Source of the DNA: Mobula hypostoma
Taxonomy: Eukaryota
Assembly: GCF_963921235.1 (NCBI RefSeq)
Contig: NC_086108.1
Location: forward strand, 34,598,001 to 34,662,000
Length of the DNA: 64,000 nucleotides
Direction of reading: 5' to 3'
Shown here piece after piece: positions 25,100 to 37,512 of the stretch (positions are counted from its first letter, which is position 1; the number at the start of each line of letters is the position of its first letter). The translations under genes were made by a program, and so were the position numbers. Below the pieces are notes generated by a model. It saw nothing but the letters and a program-made list of their open reading frames with translations, ran no database searches and had not been told where the DNA came from.

Positions 25100-26870
25100 A
25101 TTACAGGCATCCACCATGCTGAGTAAAAAACTTACCCCTCACATCCCCCTTGAACCTTCCCTCTATCACCTTTGGTATGTGCCCTCTGGTATTAGACATT
25201 TCAACTCTGGGAAACATATACCCTCTGTCCACTCTTTCTATGCCTCCAATAATCTTGTAAACCTCTATCAGATTTCTCCTCAGTCTCTGGTGCTCCAGAG
25301 AAAACAATCCAGGTTTATCCAACTTCTCATGATAGCACATGCCCTCTAAACCAGACAGCATTCTGGTAAACCTCTTTTGCACCTCCTCAACATTGTTCCT
25401 ATTGTGGGGCAATCAGAACTCTACTCAATACTCCAGATGTGGCCTAACCAGAGTTTTATAAAGTTACAACATAACCTCCTGACTTGTGAAATCAATGCCT
25501 TGACTAATAAAAGCAGCATTCCACAAGCCTTCGCAATCACCTTATTGACCCGTGTAGCTGCTTTCAAGGAGCTTGGATCCCAAGATCTCTCTGCTCAGCA
25601 ACACTGTTAAGGACCTTGACCTTAACAGTGTCCTGGCTTCTTGCATTTGCTCTAGCTGGGTGCAACACCTCACATTTATCTGGGTTAATTTCCATCTGCC
25701 ATTTCTCTGCCCAGATCTGCAACTTATCTTTATTGTGCCATATTCCTTGCCAGTTTTCTACACCATCTACAATTCCACCTATACTTACCAACCCACCCAT
25801 CTACATTTTCATCCAGGTCATTTATATACATCACAAACAGCAGAGGTCCCAGCATGATCCCTGCGGAATTCCACTAATTACAGCCCTCCAGCTCAAATAA
25901 GTCCCTTCCACCACTACCTTCTATCTTCGATGCACAAACCAGTTCTGAATCCGAACAACCAGTTCATCGCGGACCCCATACATCTTAATCCACTAGATTA
26001 GCCTCGCATGAGGGACTTGTCAAATGCCTGACTAAAATCCATGTGGACAACATCCACCGTCCTACCCTCATTAATCTCACTCATCAACTTGTCAAGAAAC
26101 CCTATCAAATAGGTAAAGCACAACTTGCCACGCACAAAGCCATGCTGGCTCTCCCTGATTAGATCATGGGTTTCCAAATGCTGATATATCCTATCCCTAC
26201 GAATTTTCTCCAGCAATTTCCCTACAACTGACGTGAGACTCACCTATCTATAGTTCCCAGGATTTTCCCTTGCTTTCTTCTTCAACAGAGGTACATTAGT
26301 CATTTGTAGTCCTCCAGAACCTCACCTGTGGCTAGAGAGGGCATGAAGATACTGGTTAAGGGCCCAGCAATCTCATCTCTTGCCTTCTTCACTAATCTGG
26401 GGTAAATCCCATCAGGCCCAATACTTGCTGCTGCTTGACCTCTAAACGCCCTAACATATGTAAACTCTCAACACTGACCTCTTGGTCCTCCATATCCTTT
26501 TGCTTGTTAAATACTGAAGCAAAGTACTCATTAAGTACCTCACTCACATTCTCTGCATCCAAGCAAATATTCCCCCCTTTGTCGTTGAGTGGGCTCACTT
26601 CCTCCCTAGTTATCCTCTTTCTCCTTATGTATGTATAAAATGCCTTGGATTTCCTTGATCCTATTTGCCAAGGACTTTTCACGGCCCCTCTGGAAGGGTT
26701 TTCCTAATTCCCTTCTTTAGTTCTTTTCTGACTTCTTTATACTCCCCGTGTGGTTTGTTTGATCCTGACTTCCGAAGCTTTACATACTTTTCATTTTTCT
26801 TCTTGACTAAATTCATCACCTCTCTGGACATCCAAGGCTCTCTTATCTTTCTACCCCCATCCTTCCTTTG
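25100..26870 (-). mobile_element. CR1 LINE ORF2 (RT) pseudogene fragment, ~1.8 kb
   Basis: Minus ORFs: KAFYTYIRRKRITRE, SLTSVVGKLLEKI..ESQHGFVRGK..VDVVHMDFSQAFDK, WAEKWQMEINPDKCEVLH, VQKRFTRMLSGLEG. Confidence 0.92.
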
Positions 26871-27624
26871 ATAAGGTCTGGAGCCAAGTGGTCCTGGGTG
26901 AGTTGGAAAACAGGTATATTAATCACAGGTTCATCATGAGTAAGTGCTGCTCAGTATCACTATTGATAACTGAGCATAAACTGATTGGACAGTAGCTCGA
27001 TTGATTTACTTGCCTTTTGTGAATGAGAGGCACTTGGGCAATTTCACACATTTCTTCAGTAGATGCCAGTGAACAAATGAAGTCACTGTCAATTCACTGA
27101 ATCTATTCCAAAGTAGGAAAGGTGATTGACCGTCAATAAGCCAAATGAGTGGGTCAGTGGAAGAGGTGATCTGTTAAAAACCAAGTAGCTTTGTCCTTTG
27201 ACGGGAGATAAATTTTGATCCCAAACCTTTGTTGTTTAAGCCTGTGTTTTCTTTCAAACTAAGCTACTCTTTCTCAAGTTATTCACGGACCTAGATTCAC
27301 AAACTCGAATCTCCTCCACAACATTTCTAAAGTATCAATGTCAAAACACTCTAGCAATTTGGGCAAGGATAATTACAGTGTATGTTTGGATGTGTATGTG
27401 AATGAGTACATAGATTTACTTTGTAATCCATCCTTCTAACTTGATCACTGATCACATGACCAAGCTCTTCAGTGTTTACAGTGCAAGAGTTTTCAGTGGC
27501 TCTACCTAGAGGATATTGTTCATTGGCATCTACTTTGCTGTCAAGTATTCTGGATGCAGACAGCAATGCTTGGCAACATCGGTGTAATATTTCAGAATGT
27601 TAAAATTGAGCAACAATTAATATA

Positions 27625-27930
27625 TCTAGTGAAGCGCTGGCCCATAGCTCCAGCAACCCAAGTTCAATCCTGACCTCCAGTGCTCTATGTGTGGATTGTG
27701 CACATTTCCCTTTGGGAGCATTGGTTTCTGCTGTATCCCAAAGACGTGCAGGTTAGTATGGTACCTCAGTTAATTGCCCTAAATTGCTGGTGAGTGGTAA
27801 AATCTGAGGAGAACTGATGGGAGTCTGGGGAGAATTGAATGGTATTAGTGCAGCATTGGCACAGATGGGTGGTTGGGGGTCAGTACAGGTGATGGGCTGA
27901 AGGACATGTTTCCGTGATGTATGACTCTGT
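27625..27930 (+). mobile_element. V-SINE (HE1-like)
   Basis: gctccagcaacccaagttcaatcctgacc B-box region, tcccaaagacgtgcagg, and a CR1-like tail gatgggctgaaggacatgtttccgtg. Confidence 0.6.
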
Positions 27931-28071
27931 GGCTCTAACGACTTACCACATGAGCATCCATTCAAAGAATTGATCAATGGCTTTCTTTGTTCAGGTCATC
28001 AAACCTAATCTGCTTGGTGCTTTGTAACCAGAAGTTGCTGGAATCATGATTGTTACTTTACAACTAATGCG

Positions 28072-28869
28072 CAGACATCCCACCCTGCAAAAACTCATTT
28101 CAGGGAGGTAGCACCATCAATTTGCAGGAGACTTCCGGGAGAGGTGGGATGTCTGCAATAGAGTAGCTCCTTAGCAGCTGGCCAGCTAGTTTAAATAACG
28201 TTAGCTATGCTAATGAACGACTGACACCTGTTAAACTCACCTCAACATGTCTTTTACGGTCTTAACCCACCATGGGCAATAGAAAAGTCACTGTTGCAAA
28301 CAGTGCAGCGAGCAACACTGTCATTATTTTTGACCCCTATTAGGCAGGGGTACACTTCAGTGTAGTCTGGGGTGACCTACGTTTTATGTTTTTTTTGGAA
28401 CACTCTGCCACTCTCACTTTTTTTTGGAACTCTCTCGCTCTCTCTATTGCACACGTGCGTGCTCTGTTGCTTGCGTGCGTGCTGTCTCGCTCGTGGTCGC
28501 TCTCACTCACTCTTGCTTTTGCTCTCTCACTCTCGCTCTCTCACGCTCTCTTTCTCTCGCGCTTACTTTCTCGTTCTCTCGTGCTTGCTCTCTCGCTCTC
28601 TCTCTCACTTGCTTTCTCGCTCTCACTCTCTCTCTCACTTGCTTTCTCGCTCTCACTCGCACTCTGTCATGGTCACTCTCACTCGCGCTCACTCTCTCGC
28701 ACTTGCTTTCTTGCTCTTGCGCTTGCTCTCTCGCTCTCTCTCGCGCGTTCTCTCACACTTGTTCTAAAACAAAATCAATTTCCGGGACATCGTATATAAT
28801 TTGCAGATCAGGGAGCCACTATTAATTTGCGGGAGACTCCTGGACCTTCCGGGAGAGGTGGGATGTCTG
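28072..28869. mobile_element. Non-autonomous DNA transposon with CAGACATCCCACC TIRs, an internal extra right end and a (CT/CGCT)-rich core
   Basis: CAGACATCCCACC at 28072; GGTGGGATGTCTG ends at both 28155 and 28869. Low-complexity tract at 28430-28760. TSD ambiguous (aatgc on both sides). Probably hAT-like. Confidence 0.75.
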
Positions 28870-29047
28870 AATGCTTAGCAGTACAAGGAGGTGATATGAA
28901 GTTTTCTGTGTGTGTTTATCTATCTATCTATATATATGTGCCCGTGTAAAACTGAGACTGCAGCTGCTGCCAGGTATCACAATCCTTTTCATACAGGAGT
29001 TTCAAGGAGCTCTCAGAACCCAATCTTTTATCCATTCAGCATCACTA

Positions 29048-29195
29048 AATCACATTACTGTATCTTGTTACCACAGTGCTGTTTGTGAGGATTTGGTGTG
29101 GACAAATGGCAAATGTGTTGCCTATACTGCATTAATTCAGAAAATTAGTTGTGAAATGCTCTGGAATGCCCTTGGCTGATCATAGATGCAATCAA
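29048..29195 (+). mobile_element. Ancient DeuSINE (SacSINE1/AmnSINE1-like) 3' relic
   Basis: tgctgtttgtgaggatttggtgtggacaaatggc..tgttgccta...gtgaaatgctctggaatgcc resembles the recalled DeuSINE 3' region. Highly diverged. Confidence 0.45.
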
Positions 29196-30184
29196 TGACT
29201 TGTTCCTTCTTTGTGCTTTGTTATGCCACATTAAAATGCCTGTGAAATGAATGTAACCTTCAATGTTCTTCTCTGTCATCTGATGACAGTGATCCAAAGC
29301 TCTCCTGAAGCTTGAACTGCTAAAGGTGATGCTGTCTTATGAGATTAAAATGAACTGATGTAATCAGAAAATGGAAGGCCTTGTTTGCTATGTGCCAATG
29401 GCCCACTCTACCTGCAGACATTAGGATTCTGAGCTGACAACTGGTAAGAGGTGTAGAAATGAGCTGTCATTAACTAATTGCAATATAAATCACAGCCATC
29501 TGGACAAAGTCTTGATGAAGACATGCCCTGATTATTTGCCTGTACAGATACAATGTTGGGCTCAGTGCTTTGGGTTTAAATGAGGTGACGAATACTGAAA
29601 TAAATGAGAACATTTCCGTAGTGCTTCTAATTTAGGTAATGGAAACTTTCTTAAATTTAGCAAAGTAATTTTCTTACCAATTTAATATTCCTTGTCCTCA
29701 CATTTTATCTAACTTTGTACAAAGGCTAATTATAAAAACCTTTCAAGTTCAGAGCCTCAGTAATGGTATCTCTATTACTGTGCCTTAAATCTTCTTACTA
29801 TACTTTTTATTTTATCTGAAGTTTAAAGATTCTGCCAGCAATCTTGGGCATCCAAACATTATCTCTTGTCCATTTCGAACCGTATCCTGCTTGTGCAGTC
29901 CTATTTCTTTTGTTGTTAACATTGATAATAATAATAATAATTATTATTATAAACAGTCTACTGTGGGGGAGTGCGGGAATGAGAAAAGATGACCAAATCA
30001 ATGATAAATTGCAGATAACCTGGGTAGAAGGAAAATGGTTACAGTCAGTTTCTAAACTACCAATTTTATCCCCTTCCTTGTTGTTTTCATTGGCTGGTTG
30101 TTTCCAAATGACCTTAAGGTGAGCTGATTTTATGTTGTTTCCTAAAGGAAGAACCACTTCCACCTCTATATATTTCCATCCCCA

Positions 30185-30700
30185 TATAGAAATTGAACGC
30201 TGAGTGCAGGAGTTTCGGTCCATGCTGTTTGTACTGTGTGTGATGCCAAATTAAACTAATCCCATTTGTCTGAATATTACATTATTCCCTGGGAATTCAT
30301 GTGCCAGTCTGAAATCTCTTAAACGCCACTATTACACCTGCTTCCACCAACACCCCTGGCACCCCTACTTCCTGTGTACAACAAAAAAATCTTGCACCAC
30401 ACATCTCCCTTAAACTTTTCTCCTCTCAACTTACCTGCCCTCTAGAATTACCTACCCTGGGAAAAAGCTTCTGTCTGTCTACCCTATCTGCACCTCACAA
30501 ATCTTGTAAAATTCCATCTCCCCTCAGTCTCCAGCGCTCCAGAGAAAACAACTCTAGTTAATCTAATGTCTTGTTATAGCTGATATCCTCTAACCCTGTA
30601 AATCTCTTCCAAACCCTCGCCAAAGCTTCGGTGTCCTTCCTGTAATGACAGGACCAGAACCAGGACCAAGTGCGACCTAACCAAGTTTTATACAACTCTA
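30185..30700 (-). mobile_element. CR1 3' fragment
   Basis: catctcccctcagtctccagcgctccagagaaaacaac...ccagaac..aagtgcgacctaacc, colinear with 25250-25460. Confidence 0.7.
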
Positions 30701-31609
30701 ACTTTCATTTGTACCTCTTGGCTCTGGATGCAGTTGCAGGGGCAAAGATCCCAAAGAACCCACAGTGGAGGTAGTAATGCATGCAATAAAATGCTGCATT
30801 TCTTGACCTTGCCTTGTTCCTGCAAGCTTTTCAACTAATTAGCTTGTTCTGAAGTTTTGTCACAGTTGCAAACAGCAGCTTGTTTGCCTGTGGCATGGTT
30901 CCAAAGCTAGGTGTGTGATAGTGATTATCTTTAGAGTTAGGTGAGCACCAAATCTCAGCTGGACTATATCAATGAGATCAAAATATCAGGAGAGCTTTAA
31001 TGTTTTAGTAAAAAGAGAGTATTCAGTCAAAAATGGCATCTCCAGAAGGCAGCTCTGGACTCAGTATTGCTTTGGAATGTTTGCCTGTTTGACATGTTCC
31101 AGTCTTGTAAATGGCCAAAACCCCACAAACTGCGAACAAGAGGCAAGTCACGAAGGTAGAAACTGAACCTGGTCATTCGTGAGCGTGGTGAAAGTTACCT
31201 TTCGTTTTGCACACAAGCAATCTTCAACAACAGCTCAGTGCCCATTGTTCTTCATCGCTTCCTCCGTAACATACTCCTGTCTAGAGAGAAACATTTTGTT
31301 ACCAAGCTCCTTGACATGCAGTGGTGTCATTATTTTCCTGTAATCTTCTAGTGTCAAAGGCTTTGCTGAGATTACGGAATGTGCCAAATGGCAAGAGGGA
31401 TACCTGTTACTCTGTTACAGTTGATGTCAAATGTATTTTGTGCAGTTAAGTGGAATCATGGCTAGTGCAACAGGTTAATCTGCCAGAAAATGATTTTCTT
31501 TTATGCAATCTTCCTCTTCGAGTTAGTTCTCTGCATTGTCTGTAGTTGTGCACCTGGATAGAAACACTAATATAGAAAGCCTAGCACTGGGAAAATACCA
31601 AAGTTATTT

Positions 31610-31930
31610 GCGTCCGGGAGTCTTATGCCACAGAACTAAGCCCTTCTGCTCGCCACCTCTGATCTATCAACCACTCATTTACACATGGCACTAATTCAAT
31701 CTCAGTTCTACTCTGCTCCCCTTCCCCCCCATTCCCATCGGCTCCTCTCCGATTCTAGTACTCACCTACACAGGAAGGGGTGATTAACATGTCTCTGGAA
31801 TGCGGCAGCAAAGCAGAGCAGTTGGAGAAAACCCATGCAGTCACAGGAACAAAATTCAAATTCTATACAGACAGCACCTGAGGTGAGGACTGAATCCGGA
31901 TTGCCGGAACTGCTAACTGCACCACTGTGT
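31610..31930 (-). mobile_element. V-SINE (HE1-like), degraded
   Basis: ggaatgcggcagcaaagcagagcagttggagaaaacccatgcagtcacagg...cagacagcacctgaggtgaggactgaatccgg is the reverse of the V-domain and head. Confidence 0.6.
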
Positions 31931-32286
31931 CACCCAAAAAGGCATCAGGCAAAGGGAAGAGACGGATCAAAATTAAAACTAAATGCTGGAGACACCTGAG
32001 TAAGTTTTTTTAATCAGAAGTGTTGCTTTTTTTTATGAAAAGAAACAATTCTGATGAAAACTAATGTAAGGTTATCAGCATGGAACGGGCTCTCTCTCTC
32101 TCTCTCTCTCGCTGTCTTTCAACAATGTTTTCAATGCTAAACACCTTCACCATTCTTTGTTCTTATTTTTTCATTTTTTTTCCCTTTTTGAACACAATAT
32201 AGTTTATTGAGGTCTGGGCCTTCACACTGCCTCAAATTACGTGGTCATTGTTGTAAAGGAGGCAAATACAGTTAGTAATTGGTGCA

Positions 32287-32289
<3 letters not shown>

Positions 32290-32349
<60 letters not shown>
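32290..32349. repeat. (CA)n microsatellite
   Basis: Direct reading of the sequence. Confidence 0.95.
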
Positions 32350-32350
<1 letters not shown>

Positions 32351-32705
32351 ACAGGATACAGTTCAATAACCCACCAGGTTTGGATGATGGTGATGTTTGA
32401 AAATGGAATGTTTATCATGGCAATCTGAGCAGCTTCATTTCAATTTCATTCAAGGTGCACAGCTTAGTTGCTTTATTAAGAACAGCAGGGCAATTGTTTC
32501 TTTGAATTACTTGCAATATTTCAGTTTCTTGCAAGCAAAACAAAACCATCTGGTCATTCTTAAAGGCAGTCCTTGTGCAACTCTCTGACCACAGCATGAG
32601 CCTGACAGTTCTGCGCCGTGGTACGGGCTAGAAATGGAAATTGAGCTGGATCTCAATTTACACCCAAGAACCAAAGGTCCCCCCCGCAGATCATCATTCA
32701 AGTAA

Positions 32706-32960
32706 TTCAAGCAACACACATAAAAATTGCTGGTGAATGCAGCAGGCCAGGCAGCATCTATAGGAAGAGGTACAGTCGATGTTTTGGGCCAAGACCCTTT
32801 GTCAGGACTAACTGAAAGAAGAGATAGTGAGAGATTTGAAAGTGGGAGGGGGAGGGGGAGATCCAAAATGATAGGAAAAGTCAGGAGGGGGAGGGATGAA
32901 GCTAAGAGCTGGAAAGTAGATTGGCAAAAGGGATATGAGAGGATCAGGGGACGGGAGGCC
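32706..32960 (-). mobile_element. Penelope-like terminal repeat with hammerhead relic
   Basis: Minus strand: agtcCTGACAAagggtcttggcccAAAAcatcgact...gatgctgcctggcctgctg. Confidence 0.8.
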
Positions 32961-33984
32961 CATGTATTCAAATAACTCAACTTGCAGGTTTAATTGAAAT
33001 TGGGAAGATTCTCATTTAACCCAATGGATGTATTGTTAAAACATAGTAAAACCAAGATCTTATATAACACTTACAATAGCAAAATGGTTTAAAGAGAGGT
33101 ATCTTAGCAAAAGCTGACACGTCAAATGTGGAAACGAAATGACAGGTTTTGGATATCTTGAGGATTGTAGAACCAGGTGGTGGGGTAGGCAAATTGATGG
33201 AGAGGTTTAAAAATGAAGTCGAGGATATAAAAATCAAGGCTCCAGTGACCTGGAAAGCAATTTGGATTAGGGGTAATGAGCAGACAGGACTTGGAGCAAA
33301 TCAGGGTATGGGTCATTTTGGATGTTATCAAGTTCATGGAGAAGGAAAATGGAAGTGTGGGCAGAGAAATTGAGAAAGTCACACCAGTAAGTAATAATTG
33401 TGCGAACAATGAATCTAGTGGTGATGAGAATTGTGCTGTACTGTTCTGTGTTCTGTGAGTGTCAATTACTGCAAGCTATAATTCCCACTCCACAGCTTCT
33501 AACTTTTGACTGATTAGAGGTGATGTGTGCGCCAATTACTTCAAGATTATTCCCATAGAAACGATGCAAGTAATGGTCCCACTAACTTTTGCCAGTAAGT
33601 AGTCCAAGATTTTTATTTTCTTCCAATGAAGTAAATTAAATTCTAACTGCATCACATAGCAACCAAGGGGTTTGCCTTGTGTCAGAAGAGCCTGAGAAAA
33701 TGTGTGTTGGATTCATCTTATGACTGAATGCAGAACTAGGAGCAAGACACAGGAGCCTATTAATGTGGAAGGACATTAGAATCTTTTGCCCCTTAAGCCC
33801 ACTATACGGTGAGTCATATAATGCAGCATCACCAATTTTATCATGTTCAGTTAATATGTAGGAGATAGCTGATACCTCTACAGACCATCTCCACGTAATG
33901 GACCGATTCCATTTTTATAGATATCCATAAGATCATTTTGTCCATAAATCAGAAAATAGCAAAAAAAAAACTCAATTTCTGAAC

Positions 33985-35550
33985 TTTAGGATGAAGGAAC
34001 ATGGTTGACATTAGTCATGAGCAAGAAGGAAGCTTACTCAAGATTTAGGAAGCAAGGTTCACTCAAGGTAGCTGGGAAGGAGCTTAAGAATGGAATTAGG
34101 AGAGCTAGAAGAAGGCATGGGAATGGAAGAGCCTCCTCCACACTGTATTCTAAATAAAAGGCATTCTGTATGTACATGAAGAAGAGGAGGATGACTAGAG
34201 TGCGGTTAAGACCAATCAAGAATAAAAGAGAAGAAATGTGCCTGGAGTCAGAGGAGATGGTGGAGATCCTTAATGAATATGTTCCTTCAGAAATTACCGG
34301 TGAGAGGGACCTTGACAAATGTGAGCTATTATGCTAGAACATGCCATTGTTAAGAAAGTGGATGTGCTGGAACTTTTAAAAAACATTAGGATAGCTAAGA
34401 CCCTGTGGTCAGACAGGCTATACCCCTGCTTACTACGGGAAGTGAGGGAAGAGATTACAGCATCTTTGACAATTACCTATGTGCTCTTACTGGCCACACA
34501 AGTAGTACCGGAAGATTGGAGGTTGGTAAACGTTATTTCTTTGTTCAAGAAAGATAATAGGATAATCATGGGAAGTATAGACCAGTGACCTTTACATCAG
34601 TGGTGGACAAGCTATTGGAGAGGATTCTTAGAGGTGGGACTGAAAAGCATTTGCAGAAGCATAGTTTGATTAGAGACCTTTAGCATGGCTTTGTGAGGGG
34701 CAGATCATGCCTCACAAGCCTGATTGTATGCTTTGAGAAAGCAAGAAACCAAATGGATGAAGGTAGAGCAGTGGATGTAATGTATATGGATTTTAATAAG
34801 GCGTTTGACAAGTTTCCCCATGGTAGGCTCACTCAAGCAGACATGAGACATGGAATCCAGGGAAACTGGGCAGCCTGCATTCAAAATTGACTTGCAAAAG
34901 GTAGGCAGGGGTTGGTAGTAGATGGAGCATATTCTGGCTGGAAGTCCACGACCAGAGGTATTCTGCTGGTATCTTTTCTGGGACTATTGTATTGATTTTT
35001 ATATATGACTTGGATGGGAAAGTAGAAGGGTGGGTTAGTAAGTTTGAAGATGACATGAAGATATTGAAGGTAGTGTAGAAGGTTGTCATAGATTACAATG
35101 GGACATCAGTAGGATGCAGAACTGGACTGAGAAGTGGCAGATGGAGTTCAACCCAGATAAGTGTGAAGCGGTACACGGTGAAAAGTTGAACTTGAAGGCA
35201 GAGTATAAGGTTAATGGCAAGATTCTTAGCAGTGTGGCGTGATCCATGTCCATTAATCCCTCAAAGCTGCCACACAAATTGATAGGACGTTCAAGAAGTT
35301 GTGTGCTGTGTTGGCCTTCATTAGTCAGTGTATTGAGTTCAAGAGCCATGAAGTAACTATTAAACACCGGTTAGAGCACACTTAGACTATTGTGTTCAGT
35401 TATGGTCACCTCACTAGGAAGGACATGGATGTTAGAGTGCAGAGGAGATTTACCAGGATGCAGTCTGGATTAGAGAGCATGCCTTACAAGGAAAGATAGA
35501 GCAAGCTACAGCTTTTGTCTTTGGAGTGAAGGAGGATAAGAGGTGACTTG
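33985..35550 (+). mobile_element. CR1 LINE ORF2 (RT) pseudogene fragment
   Basis: LYPCLLREVREEI..VPEDWRLVNVISLFKK and GRSCLTSLI..AVDVMYMDFNKAFDKFPHGRL, followed by the RT C-terminus. Confidence 0.92.
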
Positions 35551-35580
35551 AATCAGAATCAGATTTAATATCACTGGCAA

Positions 35581-36214
35581 ATTAGATTAGATTAGATTAG
35601 ATTATGAGGACCCGCGATCCTCTTTTATTGTAATTTAGTGATGCATGCATTAAGAAATGATACAATATTCCTCCGGTGTGATATCATAGAAACACAGGAC
35701 AGACCAAGACTGAAAAACTGACAAAAACCAAATAATTATAACATATAATTACCACAGTGCAAGCAATACCGTAACGTGATGAAGAACAGGCCATGGGCAC
35801 GGTAAAAAATAGTTCAAAGTCTCTCGAAAGTCCCTCATCTCACGCCGACGAGAGAAGGAAGAAAACTCTCCCTGCCATGCCCGACCAGTCCGACTCTGAG
35901 TCGTCCGAAAATTTCGAGCCTCCGACCAGCCCTCCGACACCGAGCACCATCTCTGCCGAGTGCTTCGACCCCAACCCCGGCCGCCAGCAGCAGGGAAAGC
36001 CGAGGATTTTGGGGCCTTCCCTCCGGAGATTCTCGATCGCACAGTAGCAGTGGCAGCAAACCGGGCATTTCAGAAGTTTCTCCAGACGTTCCTCCGTGCT
36101 TCTTACGGCTGTCTACATCAAAACAGAATTGTGCACGGTACCCTATTTAACAAATACAATATCATTTCACCGGAGAGGCTGCGCGCGCTGCGTTGCGCTG
36201 CCATCTTCTCCTCC
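35581..36214 (-). mobile_element. (TCTAA)n-tailed non-autonomous retroposon (copy 2)
   Basis: (attag)4 at the left end; colinear with 16369-17058; CpG-rich; minus 5' end gggaggagaagatggcagcg. Confidence 0.85.
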
Positions 36215-36359
36215 CACCAACTATTGCCATGCAATTTGTTGTTTTGTGGCATCAGTACATTGCAATACATAACTTTTCTGTTAAGTACAATGTGTGATGA
36301 ACAAGTGTAAGGTAAAGATTGCTTACTAGTAGCACATAAATTCAGAGTCAGAAATGATG

Positions 36360-36461
36360 GCAATCCCAAGCTATCGCATCTTATATTCCAAGATCTGAAG
36401 AAATCTGAAACCCGAAACATTTCCAGCCCCAAGCATTTTTGGCTAAGAATTACTCAACCTA
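36360..36461. mobile_element. Tigger4/MER46-like transposon end
   Basis: Reverse complement taggttgagtaattcttagccaaaaatgcttggggctggaaatgtttcgggtttcagattt resembles the recalled MER46/Tigger4 terminus. Followed by TA. Confidence 0.6.
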
Positions 36462-36529
36462 TACAGCAAACTATGCAAATACACAAAAAATGTAATAAAT
36501 TTAAAAAACTAATATGAGAACATAAGTTC

Positions 36530-36670
36530 ACAAGCAAGAGAAAACCTGCAGATGCTGGAAATCCAACTTACACACACAAAATGCTGAAGGGTTTCGGCCC
36601 AAAACATTGACTGTACTTTTTTCCATGGATGCTGCTTGGCCTGAGTTTCTCCAGCATTTTGTGTGTTGCT
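36530..36670. mobile_element. Head-to-head pair of Penelope terminal-repeat fragments
   Basis: cacacaaaatgctg on the left is complementary to cagcattttgtgtg on the right. Hammerhead relic tgaagggtttcggcccaaaacattgact at the junction. Confidence 0.7.
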
Positions 36671-37512
36671 GAGAACATGAGTTGTAGATTCCTTGAAAGT
36701 GAGTGCATTGTGTGCAGTGATCAGTTCAATGTTGAGGTGAGTGAAGTCATCCGCTCTGGTTCAGGAGCCTGATGGTTGAAGGGTAGTACCTATTCCTGAA
36801 CCTAAGGCTCCTGTACCTCTTTCCAGTCACAAGGGTCTCACTAAAAACCCAATGTAACAACTTTAAGTGCTTTTTCAGTGTTGGTTGAAAGAATATTTTA
36901 TGTATTATAAAGGAAGTACCCTATTTATACCTTTGAAATAGTTTTATTTTGTATATACATCTGTAGCATTATAGTCAACGTAAAATAGTGCCTATAACCT
37001 GTTAAAACATAACATTAACCATATATAGAATAATTAATGTAGTTGACCAAAAAACAAATTCAGCAACTAATGGAGACTGTGGTGGGTCGGTCCATGAAAG
37101 TCACAAGTGGGCCACAAGCAGAAAAAAGCTGAGATCCACTGGATTTGGCGAGTTAATAGCGGTGCATTTTGTTCTTGGTACACACTGCAGCACTAAGTAC
37201 CAATAAACATACTGCATATGGAGCCAATTAAGTAAGTTGCTTTGGCACAGATAGCACTAAATGTGGTTGGAGCCACACTCATTCAGGTTTGTAGGGAATA
37301 TTCTACTGTCCTCTCGTCCTCTCCTTGGGCATAGTAGTTAGTAGAAATTGATTGGGATGTCACCAAATAAATCTTGCACCACTTGACACTGGGACTTATG
37401 CCCGTTCTTGTGGCAAGAATATTTATTTTCCTTGTTCAATAGGCTAAATAGAAAAGCATTCACTTATATCAAGATACTAATCTGATTTCAGTTTGCTCTA
37501 AATTTAACATTA

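Larger units (their letters stand above)
35551..36825 (-). mobile_element. Rex-type LINE 3' tail hosting three later insertions
   Basis: aatcagaatcagatttaatatcactggca... resumes after 36214 (aatttgttgttttgtggc) and after 36670 (gagaacatgagttg...caggagcctgatggttgaaggg). Confidence 0.55.

Noticed and set aside
27351..27566. 71-aa minus-strand ORF with protein-like composition
   Set aside because: No recognisable domain or convincing splice acceptor.
28372..28825. Ser/Leu/Arg-rich ORFs in three frames
   Set aside because: CT-rich low-complexity tract inside a transposon.
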